Shown here: piece by piece, positions 15,935 through 24,911 of the stretch
Layout: each line of letters starts with the position of its first letter
How positions within the stretch are numbered: the stretch's first letter is position 1
Assembly (NCBI GenBank): GCA_963529335.1
Contig: CAURZF010000002.1
Span: 38,339-102,338, forward strand
Origin: an uncultured Candidatus Saccharibacteria bacterium
GTDB taxonomy: Bacteria; Patescibacteriota; Saccharimonadia; Saccharimonadales; Saccharimonadaceae
Direction: 5' to 3'
Length of the DNA: 64,000 nucleotides
Position numbers and translations under genes: made by a program
The notes under the pieces: generated by a model
Databases searched by the model: none
Told to the model about the DNA's origin: nothing
The model's input: the letters and a program-made list of their open reading frames with translations, nothing else

Positions 15935-16131
15935 GCAAATTTTTCCTTGAGAACGGTAATTTTATTACGCAAGCCATTCAAATCTTTCTCAATATCGCTA
16001 GCCAGTTTTTCAGCTGCCTGATAACGCTCTATCGCCTGTTCAATATCGAAGTCGTCGCTTTCAAACCACGCGACCATCTGGTGCAGCTCTTCGATTTTTT
16101 GGTTGATAGTTTTCTCATTTTTGCTTGACAT
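15931..16131 (-). CDS. xseB: Exodeoxyribonuclease VII small subunit
   Basis: 66-aa helical protein with the typical LEELxxIVxxLE-like core (IEELHQMVAWFESDDFDIEQAIERYQAAEKL), immediately after xseA. Confidence 0.85.
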   Translation of the reverse strand: MSSKNEKTINQKIEELHQMVAWFESDDFDIEQAIERYQAAEKLASDIEKDLNGLRNKITVLKEKFA

Positions 16132-17215
16132 TTTTAACCTCCGCTTTGATAATTATTTCTTCTTCCTCGATATTAATAACTTCGCCTATTTCGGTCGAAC
16201 CGCGCACAATCGCGTAACCACGCGCCAGCGCCAACTGCGGATTGTACGCCGCCAAAATCCGCTGGAATTGCGTAATTTCACTTGTTAAGACGTCAGTTCT
16301 GCTATCTAGATGTAGCAATGCGCGCTGCCGCAAGTTGTCAACCTCACTACTTAAATCGCCAATCGCTGACTCCGTCCGGTAGGCCATGCCGTCAACCAGC
16401 GCTTTTATTTCTCGCAGCAGTTCTCGTCGGTCTGGCACAATGATTTGCGCCGCGTTACTCGGCGTAGAAGCCCGCACATCGGCAGCCAAATCCGCCAGCG
16501 TCATATCGACTTCATGGCCAATACCAACTAATGTCGGCACACGGCTGGCAGCAATCGCTCTAACCAACAATTCATCGTTAAACGTATTCAAATTGTCAGC
16601 ACTACCGCCGCCGCGAATGATCACCAGCACTTCAGGCGGCGTTTGATTCTCGTTAAAACGATTAATTGTCGCAACAATCTGATTAGCCGCCGCTTCGCCC
16701 TGCACCTGAACATGCGCTACGTCAATCTGCAAGCCGCCCCAGCGCTCATTTACGATTTTGATAAAGTCCGCGTAACCTGCCGCCTGAGTGCTGCTTATCA
16801 CGCCGATACGCGCTGGAATTTGTGGCAAAGAACGCTTGCGCTCGGTAGCAAATATTCCTTCCTTCTCGAGTTTAGCGTGCAGCAGCTGGAAACTTTTGCG
16901 CAAGCTGCCCTCGCCTAGCGGACGGTAATTTTGCACGGTCACGCTGAATTTGCCCCACTTCGTCACTTTGGGTTGCGCCCGCACCACCAGCTTCATGCCG
17001 TCTTCAATCGGTGTTCGCAGTTGATAAACTGGCATAAAGCAACCGACGCTCGTTTCCTCGTCTTTCAAGTCGAAAAACACCCATTTGCCCTGGTTTACTT
17101 TGAAGCTGGCGACCTCGCCCTCGATCTCAACAGCGCTGCACGAAAACTCCAGCACTTGATTAATCAGCTCAACGAAACCGCTAACGCCGAATCTTGGAAT
17201 CGGATTTTCGTCCAT
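16115..17215 (-). CDS. xseA: Exodeoxyribonuclease VII large subunit (compact)
   Basis: N-terminal OB fold (VEIEGEVASFKVNQGKWVFFDLKDE) and catalytic core (IGVISSTQAAGYADF, IIRGGGSADNL, VGIGHEVDMTLAD). Confidence 0.9.
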   Translation of the reverse strand: MDENPIPRFGVSGFVELINQVLEFSCSAVEIEGEVASFKVNQGKWVFFDLKDEETSVGCFMPVYQLRTPIEDGMKLVVRAQPKVTKWGKFSVTVQNYRPLGEGSLRKSFQLLHAKLEKEGIFATERKRSLPQIPARIGVISSTQAAGYADFIKIVNERWGGLQIDVAHVQVQGEAAANQIVATINRFNENQTPPEVLVIIRGGGSADNLNTFNDELLVRAIAASRVPTLVGIGHEVDMTLADLAADVRASTPSNAAQIIVPDRRELLREIKALVDGMAYRTESAIGDLSSEVDNLRQRALLHLDSRTDVLTSEITQFQRILAAYNPQLALARGYAIVRGSTEIGEVINIEEEEIIIKAEVKNVKQK

Positions 17216-18236
17216 ATTTCACTATTGTTAGCTGGTAAAATACATAGCCTAGCAGCAGCGCCGTCAGCAGTACAATTACCCGGTAAAGTACAATCGCTGC
17301 AATCGACTGGCCGCCACCTATACCTGATAAAGCCAAAACACTAACCATGATTGCCTCGTAGGCGCCCGTTCCGCCTGGCGTTACCACAATGAATCCAGCA
17401 ATCGTCGCTATGCCATAAGCAATCAAAATCGACGCCGGATTGACGCTCATTCCCAACGCTTGAAAAGTAATCCAGATTGGCGCGATCTCGGTAGCGGTAA
17501 ATAACATCGCCCACAAAAATGGCTTCAGCAGCACGCGCTTGTCACTCTTTAGCTCGTTAAAATCGTCATGCATATCATAGAAAAACTTCTCTATCGACTC
17601 CCGCTTCAACACCACCTGCGGCCGCCGCGCAAAAAATGACGCCGTACCGTTAGTTATCATCGTAATTCTCTTGGCTAATTTTTTCATCCGGTGGACGCTA
17701 TTCAAAAAGTAGGCGCCCAGCAGCGTCGCCATCACCAGCAAAAATACCAGCGTTGAGCTCATCAAAATTATCCAGCGGTTAACACGGCCGTCAATCGTCA
17801 CCATCAAAACAGAAACTACCAAAAAGACCACAATCGCCATAAACCCCACCACATAACGCACAAATTGCGCCATCGTCGCTCGTCCGATTGGCACACCGTA
17901 CTTGCCTAGGCGCCAGTTAGCATACGAAATACCGCTGACACCGCCGCTAGGAAAAGCATGATTAACAAAATTTAACTCTAGCGATATGCGTGCCAGAGTT
18001 GCCGGATTAATATTCTTCACGAAGCCTTTCTGACGCAAATATGAAAAAATCATCTCGCCAGTCGCCAAATATCCGGCCGCAATAATTGGCAGCATCCACA
18101 CAAGCTTACCAAGGTTAATTTTACCTAGCAGACCCCAAGCATATACCAGTTCGCTTCTAGCTAGAAAAAGTATCAAAGCAATCAACAACAACGTGGCAAT
18201 ACTCAACCACAGTCGAAAAGACAGTCTCCTTTTCAT
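17181..18236 (-). CDS. Polytopic membrane protein, flippase-like / LPG-synthase-TM (UPF0104) type
   Basis: It has about 8 predicted TM helices and a basic N-terminus (MKRRLSFRLW). I moved the start to the ATG at 18234-18236, with TATACT 7 nt upstream. The family call is by overall pattern only. Confidence 0.6.
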   Translation of the reverse strand: MKRRLSFRLWLSIATLLLIALILFLARSELVYAWGLLGKINLGKLVWMLPIIAAGYLATGEMIFSYLRQKGFVKNINPATLARISLELNFVNHAFPSGGVSGISYANWRLGKYGVPIGRATMAQFVRYVVGFMAIVVFLVVSVLMVTIDGRVNRWIILMSSTLVFLLVMATLLGAYFLNSVHRMKKLAKRITMITNGTASFFARRPQVVLKRESIEKFFYDMHDDFNELKSDKRVLLKPFLWAMLFTATEIAPIWITFQALGMSVNPASILIAYGIATIAGFIVVTPGGTGAYEAIMVSVLALSGIGGGQSIAAIVLYRVIVLLTALLLGYVFYQLTIVKYGRKSDSKIRR

Positions 18237-18257
18237 ACAATCTAGTATACTATATTT
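18237..18257. promoter_or_regulatory. 21-bp divergent intergenic region with overlapping back-to-back -10 boxes
   Basis: The sequence is acaatctAGTATACTatattt. TATACT at 18246-18251 lies 6 nt before the plus-strand ATG (18258). TATACT at 18249-18244 lies 7 nt before the minus-strand ATG (18236). AGTATACT is palindromic. Confidence 0.5.
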
Positions 18258-19442
18258 ATGCATATCACAATACTTGGCCGCCAGCCAGCACTTGGAATAG
18301 CCGAGCTAGAACAGCTCTACGGCGCTGACAATGTCCGATGGTTTTCGCAGCAAGCAGCGCTTGTAGATTCGCCTGATTTTGACTTCGAGACCCTCGGCGG
18401 CAGCCAAAAAGCCGGCCAGGTCGTTCTCGAACTCGACCGCGGCAATTGGCTAACCGCCAGCCGCCAAATCGTTCAGCACTACGCCGCCAAATGGCGCGCC
18501 AGCGAGCATAAAATAACTCTTGGCATCAGCGCTTACGGCTTCAAAATCTCGCCACGCGATGTCCAAAAAACCGGCTTGCTCATCAAGAAAAAATTACGCG
18601 ACAGCGGTACTAGCTTACGTCTTATCCCGAACCCAGAAATCGCCCTTAACACCGCTGCTAGCCATCACAACAAGCTTGGGTTATCGCCAACGAAAGTTGA
18701 ATTGCTAGTCATCCGAGCGCCAAATAACCGTCTCATTATCGCTGAAAGTGTCGGCGCCCAGAACATCACTGCGCTGGCTGCCCGCGACCAAGCTCGCCCG
18801 CGCACCGATGCTTTCGTCGGTATGCTGCCGCCGAAATTAGCGCGGATGATGATAAATCTATCTGGCTATACAAAACCTGGCCGCCTCTGGGACCCTTTTT
18901 GCGGTACTGGTACCGTTCTCCAAGAAGCGCGACTCAAAGGGATAGACGTCTACGGTAGCGACCTAAGCCAAAAAATGGTTGATTACGCCACAGAAAACAT
19001 GCAGTGGCTCGATAATAAATACCAAATCAACCCCCAGTGGCAAATCTTCCAAGCTGACGCTACCGCTGTCAAGCTCAACGCCGTTCAAAAATCTGAAATC
19101 ACCCGCATCGTCTGCGAGGCCTACCTCGGCCAGCCCTTCTCAGCCCCACCAAAGCCCGCCAAACTCACCGCAGTCCGCGGTAATTGCAATCACATCATCA
19201 GCCAATTTTTAGTAAATATCCGCTCGCAAATTAATCTGAATATAACGCTAGTCGTCGCTGTGCCCGCCTGGCGCGACCATAGCGGTAAATTTACACATTT
19301 ACCGCTTATTGATCAGTTAGTAGATTTAGGCTACCGACGCCTACATCTAAACTTAGTCAGCGACGAGCAGCTACTCTACTACCGCGAAAACCAGGTAGTG
19401 GCACGAGAAATCTTACTGCTTAAACCTCTCGATGAAAGTTAA
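18258..19442 (+). CDS. Putative RNA/DNA methyltransferase (Trm11/UPF0020-like class I SAM MTase)
   Basis: Motif I LWDPFCGTGTVLQEA and an acidic motif II (VYGSDLS). The N-terminal about 170 aa form a putative substrate-binding domain. Confidence 0.7.
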   Translation: MHITILGRQPALGIAELEQLYGADNVRWFSQQAALVDSPDFDFETLGGSQKAGQVVLELDRGNWLTASRQIVQHYAAKWRASEHKITLGISAYGFKISPRDVQKTGLLIKKKLRDSGTSLRLIPNPEIALNTAASHHNKLGLSPTKVELLVIRAPNNRLIIAESVGAQNITALAARDQARPRTDAFVGMLPPKLARMMINLSGYTKPGRLWDPFCGTGTVLQEARLKGIDVYGSDLSQKMVDYATENMQWLDNKYQINPQWQIFQADATAVKLNAVQKSEITRIVCEAYLGQPFSAPPKPAKLTAVRGNCNHIISQFLVNIRSQINLNITLVVAVPAWRDHSGKFTHLPLIDQLVDLGYRRLHLNLVSDEQLLYYRENQVVAREILLLKPLDES

Positions 19443-19495
19443 AAGCAACCCGCCCGCCAAGCTCACGCCTGCTATAGTAATTACTTTCGTAAAGC

Positions 19496-19524
19496 TTGAC
19501 ATTTCCGATAGCTTCGCGTACAAT
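19496..19524 (+). promoter_or_regulatory. Promoter of rpmA
   Basis: TTGACA (19496-19501), 17 nt, TACAAT (19519-19524). An AAAGGAG SD lies at 19550-19556. Confidence 0.75.
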
Positions 19525-19560
19525 AGCATAGATTGTCTTATATTAAATTAAAGGAGTTTT

Positions 19561-19833
19561 ATGTCACACGTTAAAGCTGGCGGTTCGAGCGATAATACCC
19601 ACAAAAGTGCTGGTAGGCGCAATGGCGTCAAGCGTTTCGGCGGGCAAAAAGTCAACCAGGGCGAGGTGCTAGTTCGCCAGACTGGCAGCACCAAAATTGC
19701 CGGCCCAGGTACTTACATCAGCCGCAACTACACTATCCACGCAGCTAAGAGCGGCACCGTAGTTTTCAAACATATCAAGAAGCCATCGTTCACTGGCAAT
19801 ACTCACCCGCGAACCCAAGTTTGCGTCGAATAA
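19561..19833 (+). CDS. rpmA: 50S ribosomal protein L27
   Basis: It shows the bL27 pattern in HVKAGGSSDNTHKSAGRRNGVKRFGGQKVNQGEVLVRQTGSTKIAGPG. Confidence 0.9.
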   Translation: MSHVKAGGSSDNTHKSAGRRNGVKRFGGQKVNQGEVLVRQTGSTKIAGPGTYISRNYTIHAAKSGTVVFKHIKKPSFTGNTHPRTQVCVE

Positions 19834-19863
19834 GCTAAGTTCACATAAGGTATACTACCCTGG

Positions 19864-19894
19864 CTAGCGAGATGCCGCTAGTGGTTTTGTTTTT
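19864..19894 (+). terminator. Possible terminator of rpmA
   Basis: A short stem, CTAGCG-agatgc-CGCTAG, is followed by TTTTGTTTTT. The stem is weak. Confidence 0.4.
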
Positions 19895-20855
19895 CGTTTT
19901 CTTGGCGACCTACTGATACGTTCATAAATCTTTGCAGTTCTTCGATACTGTTGTTCAGCTGTAAAGCACGCTGTGAATATTCTCCGCCACCGATACGTCT
20001 TGAAAAGCCCTGCTCAGCAACATTATTCATTACTGCCAAAGCGTGCCTAACCTGGTCTATGGCATCACCCAGGCGGGCTGCTTCGCTCAGTGGCAAATCG
20101 CCTCCGACTTCTTCGACAGAGCCGTTGAACCTATTGAGCATGGCTAAGATGCCTGACGTAGACTCTTGTATGCGCCCGAATAACACAGGAGCTCGCAAAG
20201 TACCTGCCGTGCTCAGCACTCTAGCCAAATCCTCTGCCGCACCCGCCATATTTCGTATAGTAAGCTGCGTAGTGTCCGCTTCTGCTAACGCTTTCAAAGC
20301 CTCAGAAGCGTTAGGAGACTGCTCGCCTGACGTCTCTGACGATGCATTTGAGTCTTGCTCATCTGAGTTCCCCGGCTCATCTTGATTTTCTGGCGCGAGA
20401 GATTCGCCTTCAGTATCGGCGACAGGCGAATCGCCATCTGAATTAGCCTCCTTACCAGTTGGCGAAGAATGCTCGCCTCTAAGCGCGGCTAACACCTCTT
20501 CGCGGGTTTGCGGTCGTGGTCTTGGATCTGACTGGCCAGTTTCCGACGCTCCATATGTATCAGATACAGCTTCATTAGTCGACGACTCTGACTCTGTTAT
20601 CGGGTTTAACTTACCAGCCTCTCTTAGTCTAGCACGCAACTTTTCACGCTGATCGACTGGCTGCTGCCCTAGAGGCTGACCATCACCAGGTCCAGGCTCG
20701 CAAAACCGCCTGCCAGCAGCCAATCTGCCTAATTCAGCACTTATTCTACCTAATTGTTCCCCGCTAGCCTCTTCTTCAGGCTTAGTAACTAAATCTTCAG
20801 TGCTTGGAGGTTCGCCGTCTGGCGCTGTACTTTTTGATGTATGTATTTCTGGCAT
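19878..20855 (-). CDS. Hypothetical protein: long acidic/Ser-Pro-rich disordered region plus about 130-aa helical C-terminal domain
   Basis: 325-aa ORF with no signal peptide or TM helix and no recognisable motif. Confidence 0.65.
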   Translation of the reverse strand: MPEIHTSKSTAPDGEPPSTEDLVTKPEEEASGEQLGRISAELGRLAAGRRFCEPGPGDGQPLGQQPVDQREKLRARLREAGKLNPITESESSTNEAVSDTYGASETGQSDPRPRPQTREEVLAALRGEHSSPTGKEANSDGDSPVADTEGESLAPENQDEPGNSDEQDSNASSETSGEQSPNASEALKALAEADTTQLTIRNMAGAAEDLARVLSTAGTLRAPVLFGRIQESTSGILAMLNRFNGSVEEVGGDLPLSEAARLGDAIDQVRHALAVMNNVAEQGFSRRIGGGEYSQRALQLNNSIEELQRFMNVSVGRQENEKQNH

Positions 20856-20935
20856 ATACTACTATTATATCAAAACATAAGCGAAATGTCAACTACAACG
20901 CCACAAATAAGCAAACTAAGCAATTCTACAAGCAG

Positions 20936-21322
20936 CTACTTGCTCATACCTAGGTGGTAGCGCACCCGCTCGACGACATCGCCGATAACTACTTGCGATT
21001 TCACTAAATAATCGTCAACACCGAGCTGCTCGGCGCGTTCTTTGTCTTTGGGCTGGCTGAGCGCCGTTAGCATAATCACCCGGATATTGGTAGTCTCCGG
21101 CGTATTACGCAAAATATCCAAAACGTCAAAACCGCTAATTTTCGGCATCATAACGTCCAGCAAAATCAAGTCAGGATGTTCAGACACCGCCAACGACAGT
21201 GCATCCTCGCCATTATTTGCTTCACAGACGTCAAAACCCTCCAGTTCAAGACGCGACCGATATACCGATGCTAGCGCAGTGTCATCTTCTACTAGCAAAA
21301 TCTTGCGTTTGCGTGTATCCAT
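20936..21322 (-). CDS. Single-domain response regulator (orphan)
   Basis: Receiver-domain pattern: ILLVEDD, LILLDVMMPKISG, MLTAL, and a conserved K (DYLVKS). Confidence 0.9.
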   Translation of the reverse strand: MDTRKRKILLVEDDTALASVYRSRLELEGFDVCEANNGEDALSLAVSEHPDLILLDVMMPKISGFDVLDILRNTPETTNIRVIMLTALSQPKDKERAEQLGVDDYLVKSQVVIGDVVERVRYHLGMSK

Positions 21323-21361
21323 AGTTTATATAGTATACCAGCCTGGCAATAAGCACAAGGT

Positions 21362-22579
21362 CTATGCCGCTAATTCTTTAGCGCGCGCCATTTGCGGATC
21401 GCGGCCAGCATTATTATCGTCCTGGCTCATTTTAACTGTCTGATTCGGCTGGATACCTTCTTTGGTGATGTTTCTATCCTGCGGCGTGTACCAGCGGGCC
21501 ACTGTCACCTTGAGGATACGATCGTCGGATAGGTTGATCACCTTTTGTACCGTTCCCTTACCGAAGGTTTTTTCACCGACCAAGGTGGCCGCTTGATAGT
21601 CTTTCAGCGCGCCAGCCACAATCTCGCTAGCACTGGCTGAGCTGCCATTGACGAGGACAATGGTTTTCTTACCTTTAAGTGTCGGATTTCCCGAAGCTTT
21701 AACTGTCTCGGTAACCTGGCCACGGCTTTTTTCGGTAACGACCGTCTTGCCGTTATCTAGCCATAGACTCGCTACTTCTTGCGCTGCTGTCAAATAGCCG
21801 CCGCCGTTGTTACGCAAATCAATAATCACACCCTTAACACCTTTGTCAATGAACTCTTTAGCAGCTTTGCGAGCTAGCGAACCAGTATTATCGTCAAAGC
21901 GCGAGATCGTCAATATACCAACGTCGTCGCTAACCGACCAACGGACGCTAGGATCGCTAATCTGAGCCCGCGTAATTGAAAAGTCTAGCGATTCGCTGCC
22001 GCGGCGCATAGTTAGCTTGACGGTCGTGCCCGCTTCGCCAGTAACTTTATCAGCCACGCCGCTAGCCGTCTCGCCCGCTACTGACGTACCGTTCACAGCC
22101 ACAAAGATATCGCCTGTTTTAAGGCCAGCTTTCTTGGCTGGAGAGTCATCAAGAACTCTGAGTACTGTCGGCTGTAAATTGCGCACGCCAATTTCGGCAC
22201 CAATGCCAGAAACTTCGCCGTTTAGACTTTTGTTAAATTCTGCCGCTTCTTCCTTATCTAGAAATGTCGTGTAGTCGTCGCCGACCGCTTTGACCATGCC
22301 GCGAGCCGCCCCGTCAGACAGCTTATTAGCATCCAAATCACCGTCATAATTCGCCGCTAGTTGACGATAAGCCTCTTTCATCACCTCGGTATCAAGCGGC
22401 TGCTTGGCCACCTTGATGCCAAAAATCGGCGCTGCTATCTGATAGATTTCTTCGCTGCGCGTACCAGCCGCAAACGATACGATTATTGCCAAGACCAACG
22501 ACGCCAAGAAAACACTCTGCGAGACCTTTCGCTGCCGAGGCTTCCGCCCCTTATTTTCAACTCCCTGTTCGTTTGCCAT
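21362..22579 (-). CDS. ctpA: S41 carboxy-terminal processing protease with PDZ domain
   Basis: It has a PDZ domain (GLKTGDIFVAVNG) and the S41 core (IIDLRNNGGGYL; VLVNGSSASASEIVAGALKD; GEKTFGKGTVQ). I placed the start at the third codon ATG (22579), which lies 7 nt after TATAAT (22592-22587). Confidence 0.9.
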   Translation of the reverse strand: MANEQGVENKGRKPRQRKVSQSVFLASLVLAIIVSFAAGTRSEEIYQIAAPIFGIKVAKQPLDTEVMKEAYRQLAANYDGDLDANKLSDGAARGMVKAVGDDYTTFLDKEEAAEFNKSLNGEVSGIGAEIGVRNLQPTVLRVLDDSPAKKAGLKTGDIFVAVNGTSVAGETASGVADKVTGEAGTTVKLTMRRGSESLDFSITRAQISDPSVRWSVSDDVGILTISRFDDNTGSLARKAAKEFIDKGVKGVIIDLRNNGGGYLTAAQEVASLWLDNGKTVVTEKSRGQVTETVKASGNPTLKGKKTIVLVNGSSASASEIVAGALKDYQAATLVGEKTFGKGTVQKVINLSDDRILKVTVARWYTPQDRNITKEGIQPNQTVKMSQDDNNAGRDPQMARAKELAA

Positions 22580-22643
22580 AATCATAATTATAGCGCACTC
22601 TAGCTGAGTACGCTATAATTTACTGATTATTATATTGATCTCG

Positions 22644-23801
22644 CTAGAAATATATATAAGTTAGCCCAGCACTTGAACGCGTGTAGTAGTGATAGCGACC
22701 CCAGCCTAAACCGTCGATATTATTGTTGTAGTCGCTAACAGTAATCGTACCATCGCCATTAACCGCTTCGACATACATAGCGTGACCATAAGCACCAACA
22801 TACTGAATAGCTACCGAGCCAGCTTTTGGCGTTGGGCCGTTTGCAATACCATAGCGAGACGTTGTGCTCGGCCACTGATTAGCGTTACCCGCCCCGCCAA
22901 AATGCGGCACATAACGGCCAGTGCTGGCTACCTTCCAGGCGGTGTAGCTGACGCATTCGCGGTTGTAAAGGCCCCAGTTATCAACTATCGTATCTTGCTC
23001 GGCATTAGCCCAAACCGACGGATATCCGCCGCCGCTAGCCGAGCCCGTACCAATGTTAGTAGAGCCTGAAGCACGGGCAGCTGCAGCCATAGCGGCAGCC
23101 TGCTGAGCGCGAACGCTGCTGATTTCGCTGTTACGCTTGGCGACCAGGTTATTGTAAGCTGATTCTTCGCCGCGCGTGTCCGAAACTAATTTAGCCTGTT
23201 CAGCTTCTTTGGCAGCTAGCGCGGCTTTTTGCGACTTCTGGTCGCGCAGTACGTTCTCGACTTGCTTTTTCTGCTTTTCGAGCTGCGCTTTGAGCGATTT
23301 AATCTGTTTGATCTTGGTGCTCAGATTGTCCTGCATTGACGAGCGGTATTCTTGCTTGTCAACGTAATCGCCGATGTTTTTGCTGCTAGCCAGCATCTCG
23401 AGCGGCGAGATTGAGCTATCAACGTACATATCGGCAACAATTTCGCCAAGAGCTTCTTTGTTAATCTCGATTTTCTTTTCGGTAGCAGCGATATCTTTCT
23501 CAAGCTTATCGCGCTTAGCCTGGCTAGTATTAATTTGCGCTTGGATTTCATTTTTTTGCTTGGTTAATACATCAAGCTGCGCCTGCAACGTTGATGCCAG
23601 CGCGCCAAGCGTCGCCGCCTGCTGCTGATATGAATCAGCTTCTGACTGAAGTTTTTTGACCTGTTCGTCGTACTGGTCGGCCAACACGTTTTGCGCGAAG
23701 GCAACCGGTATACTTGCGCTCATCAAAACAGCCGCTGCGACGATTGACGACTTCGCAACGTGCCGCCTTGACGAAACTGGTGTGGTGGACCTATGTTTCA
23801 T
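22644..23801 (-). CDS. PcsB-like peptidoglycan hydrolase: signal/anchor, coiled coil, C-terminal CHAP domain
   Basis: The CHAP catalytic Cys is in NRECVSYTAWKV and the His in AYGHAMYVEAV. A long coiled coil precedes the domain. The start was moved to 23801 (MKHRST): TTGACA (23836-23831), 17 nt, TACGCT (23813-23808), 6 nt, ATG. Confidence 0.85.
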   Translation of the reverse strand: MKHRSTTPVSSRRHVAKSSIVAAAVLMSASIPVAFAQNVLADQYDEQVKKLQSEADSYQQQAATLGALASTLQAQLDVLTKQKNEIQAQINTSQAKRDKLEKDIAATEKKIEINKEALGEIVADMYVDSSISPLEMLASSKNIGDYVDKQEYRSSMQDNLSTKIKQIKSLKAQLEKQKKQVENVLRDQKSQKAALAAKEAEQAKLVSDTRGEESAYNNLVAKRNSEISSVRAQQAAAMAAAARASGSTNIGTGSASGGGYPSVWANAEQDTIVDNWGLYNRECVSYTAWKVASTGRYVPHFGGAGNANQWPSTTSRYGIANGPTPKAGSVAIQYVGAYGHAMYVEAVNGDGTITVSDYNNNIDGLGWGRYHYYTRSSAGLTYIYF

Positions 23802-23876
23802 ACCTCTAGCGTAACAAAGCATTACCGCTTTGTCAACAAAGCTAAGTCGAATAAGCACCTCCTTTCGTAAATTACT

Positions 23877-24911
23877 CTACAATTTGAGATAACGGCGAGT
23901 AGCCAGTGTCGAGGAAATAATCCCAATCAACGAGCCTAACAACATCATACTTAGCAAGACCAGCAGCAAATTATTTACCAGAAAGTGCGATGTAGCTACA
24001 GCAGCAATTCCATAAGCCTGTAATTTGCCAGAAATCGTCGCGAAAACCCCTACCCCTATAGCGGTCGCTACAACCGCAGCAATACAACCATACACCATTG
24101 CCTCTACCAAAAACGGGCCGCGGATAAAGCTTTTGTCAGCACCGATAAGCTTCATCATCTCGATCTCGCTTTTACGATTGAATATTGCCATTCTAATGGT
24201 ATTAAAAACAATCAACGAAGATATTACGACGAAGAGTACGCTCGCTGCCAAACCGGCCCGCTGCGCAAAATCTGTCCAGCGGCCAATATTTTCGATAGCA
24301 TCGCGCCGGTCGCCAGCAAACGACGGTTCGCGCTTATCATCAATAATTTTTTTGAGCGGCTTATTAGTTTTAACAAAATCACTAAGACTGTCGGTGTCAT
24401 TGATATTCTCTAGATTAACGCGAATCACTGCTGGCATTTTATTGGCAGCTTGATTAAGGGCATCTAGTATATCTTGGTCGGCTTTGTTGTCTTCGGCGCT
24501 TTGTTGGCGCGCTTTTTCCGAGGAAACGAATTCAACGCGCTCGACATTATGCAGTTTGCGCAAATCGGCAATAATCGGTTTAGCCTGCTCTTCGGTAGTA
24601 CCCGTTTTGAGATAAATTGACATATCGACTTTTTTACTCAGCTCCGTTACCGAGTCTGCCAAAATATTGCGCGCCACCACCGTAGTAAAGATAATCAGCA
24701 ACGTAATCGTCATCACCGCGGTAGCCGCAATCGTTAGCCAAGCATTACGAGTGAAATTATTGACGCCGTAGCGACACATTCGCACGAAAGTCAGCCATTT
24801 GCGCTGGCGGCTGCGCCTTTGTCTGGTCAAGGCGCGCGCACCGGTATTTTTTTTGTCCTCGCGGCGGCTTTTCTTTTTGGCAGCCGCTGTCTTGACTTTG
24901 TCTCGTCTCAT
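23877..24911 (-). CDS. ftsX: Cell-division ABC transporter permease-like protein FtsX
   Basis: It has 4 TM helices with a large first extracytoplasmic loop and the FtsX C-terminal pattern (EIEMMKLIGADKSFIRGPF). It overlaps ftsE by 4 nt. Confidence 0.9.
   Translation of the reverse strand: MRRDKVKTAAAKKKSRREDKKNTGARALTRQRRSRQRKWLTFVRMCRYGVNNFTRNAWLTIAATAVMTITLLIIFTTVVARNILADSVTELSKKVDMSIYLKTGTTEEQAKPIIADLRKLHNVERVEFVSSEKARQQSAEDNKADQDILDALNQAANKMPAVIRVNLENINDTDSLSDFVKTNKPLKKIIDDKREPSFAGDRRDAIENIGRWTDFAQRAGLAASVLFVVISSLIVFNTIRMAIFNRKSEIEMMKLIGADKSFIRGPFLVEAMVYGCIAAVVATAIGVGVFATISGKLQAYGIAAVATSHFLVNNLLLVLLSMMLLGSLIGIISSTLATRRYLKL

Noticed and set aside
22586-22625. Inverted repeat AATTATAGCG-N15-CGCTATAATT between the CHAP hydrolase and ctpA
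   Set aside because: The right arm is simply the ctpA -10 region (TATAAT). The stem is AT-rich with a large loop. It is probably a weak terminator or promoter overlap rather than a distinct element.
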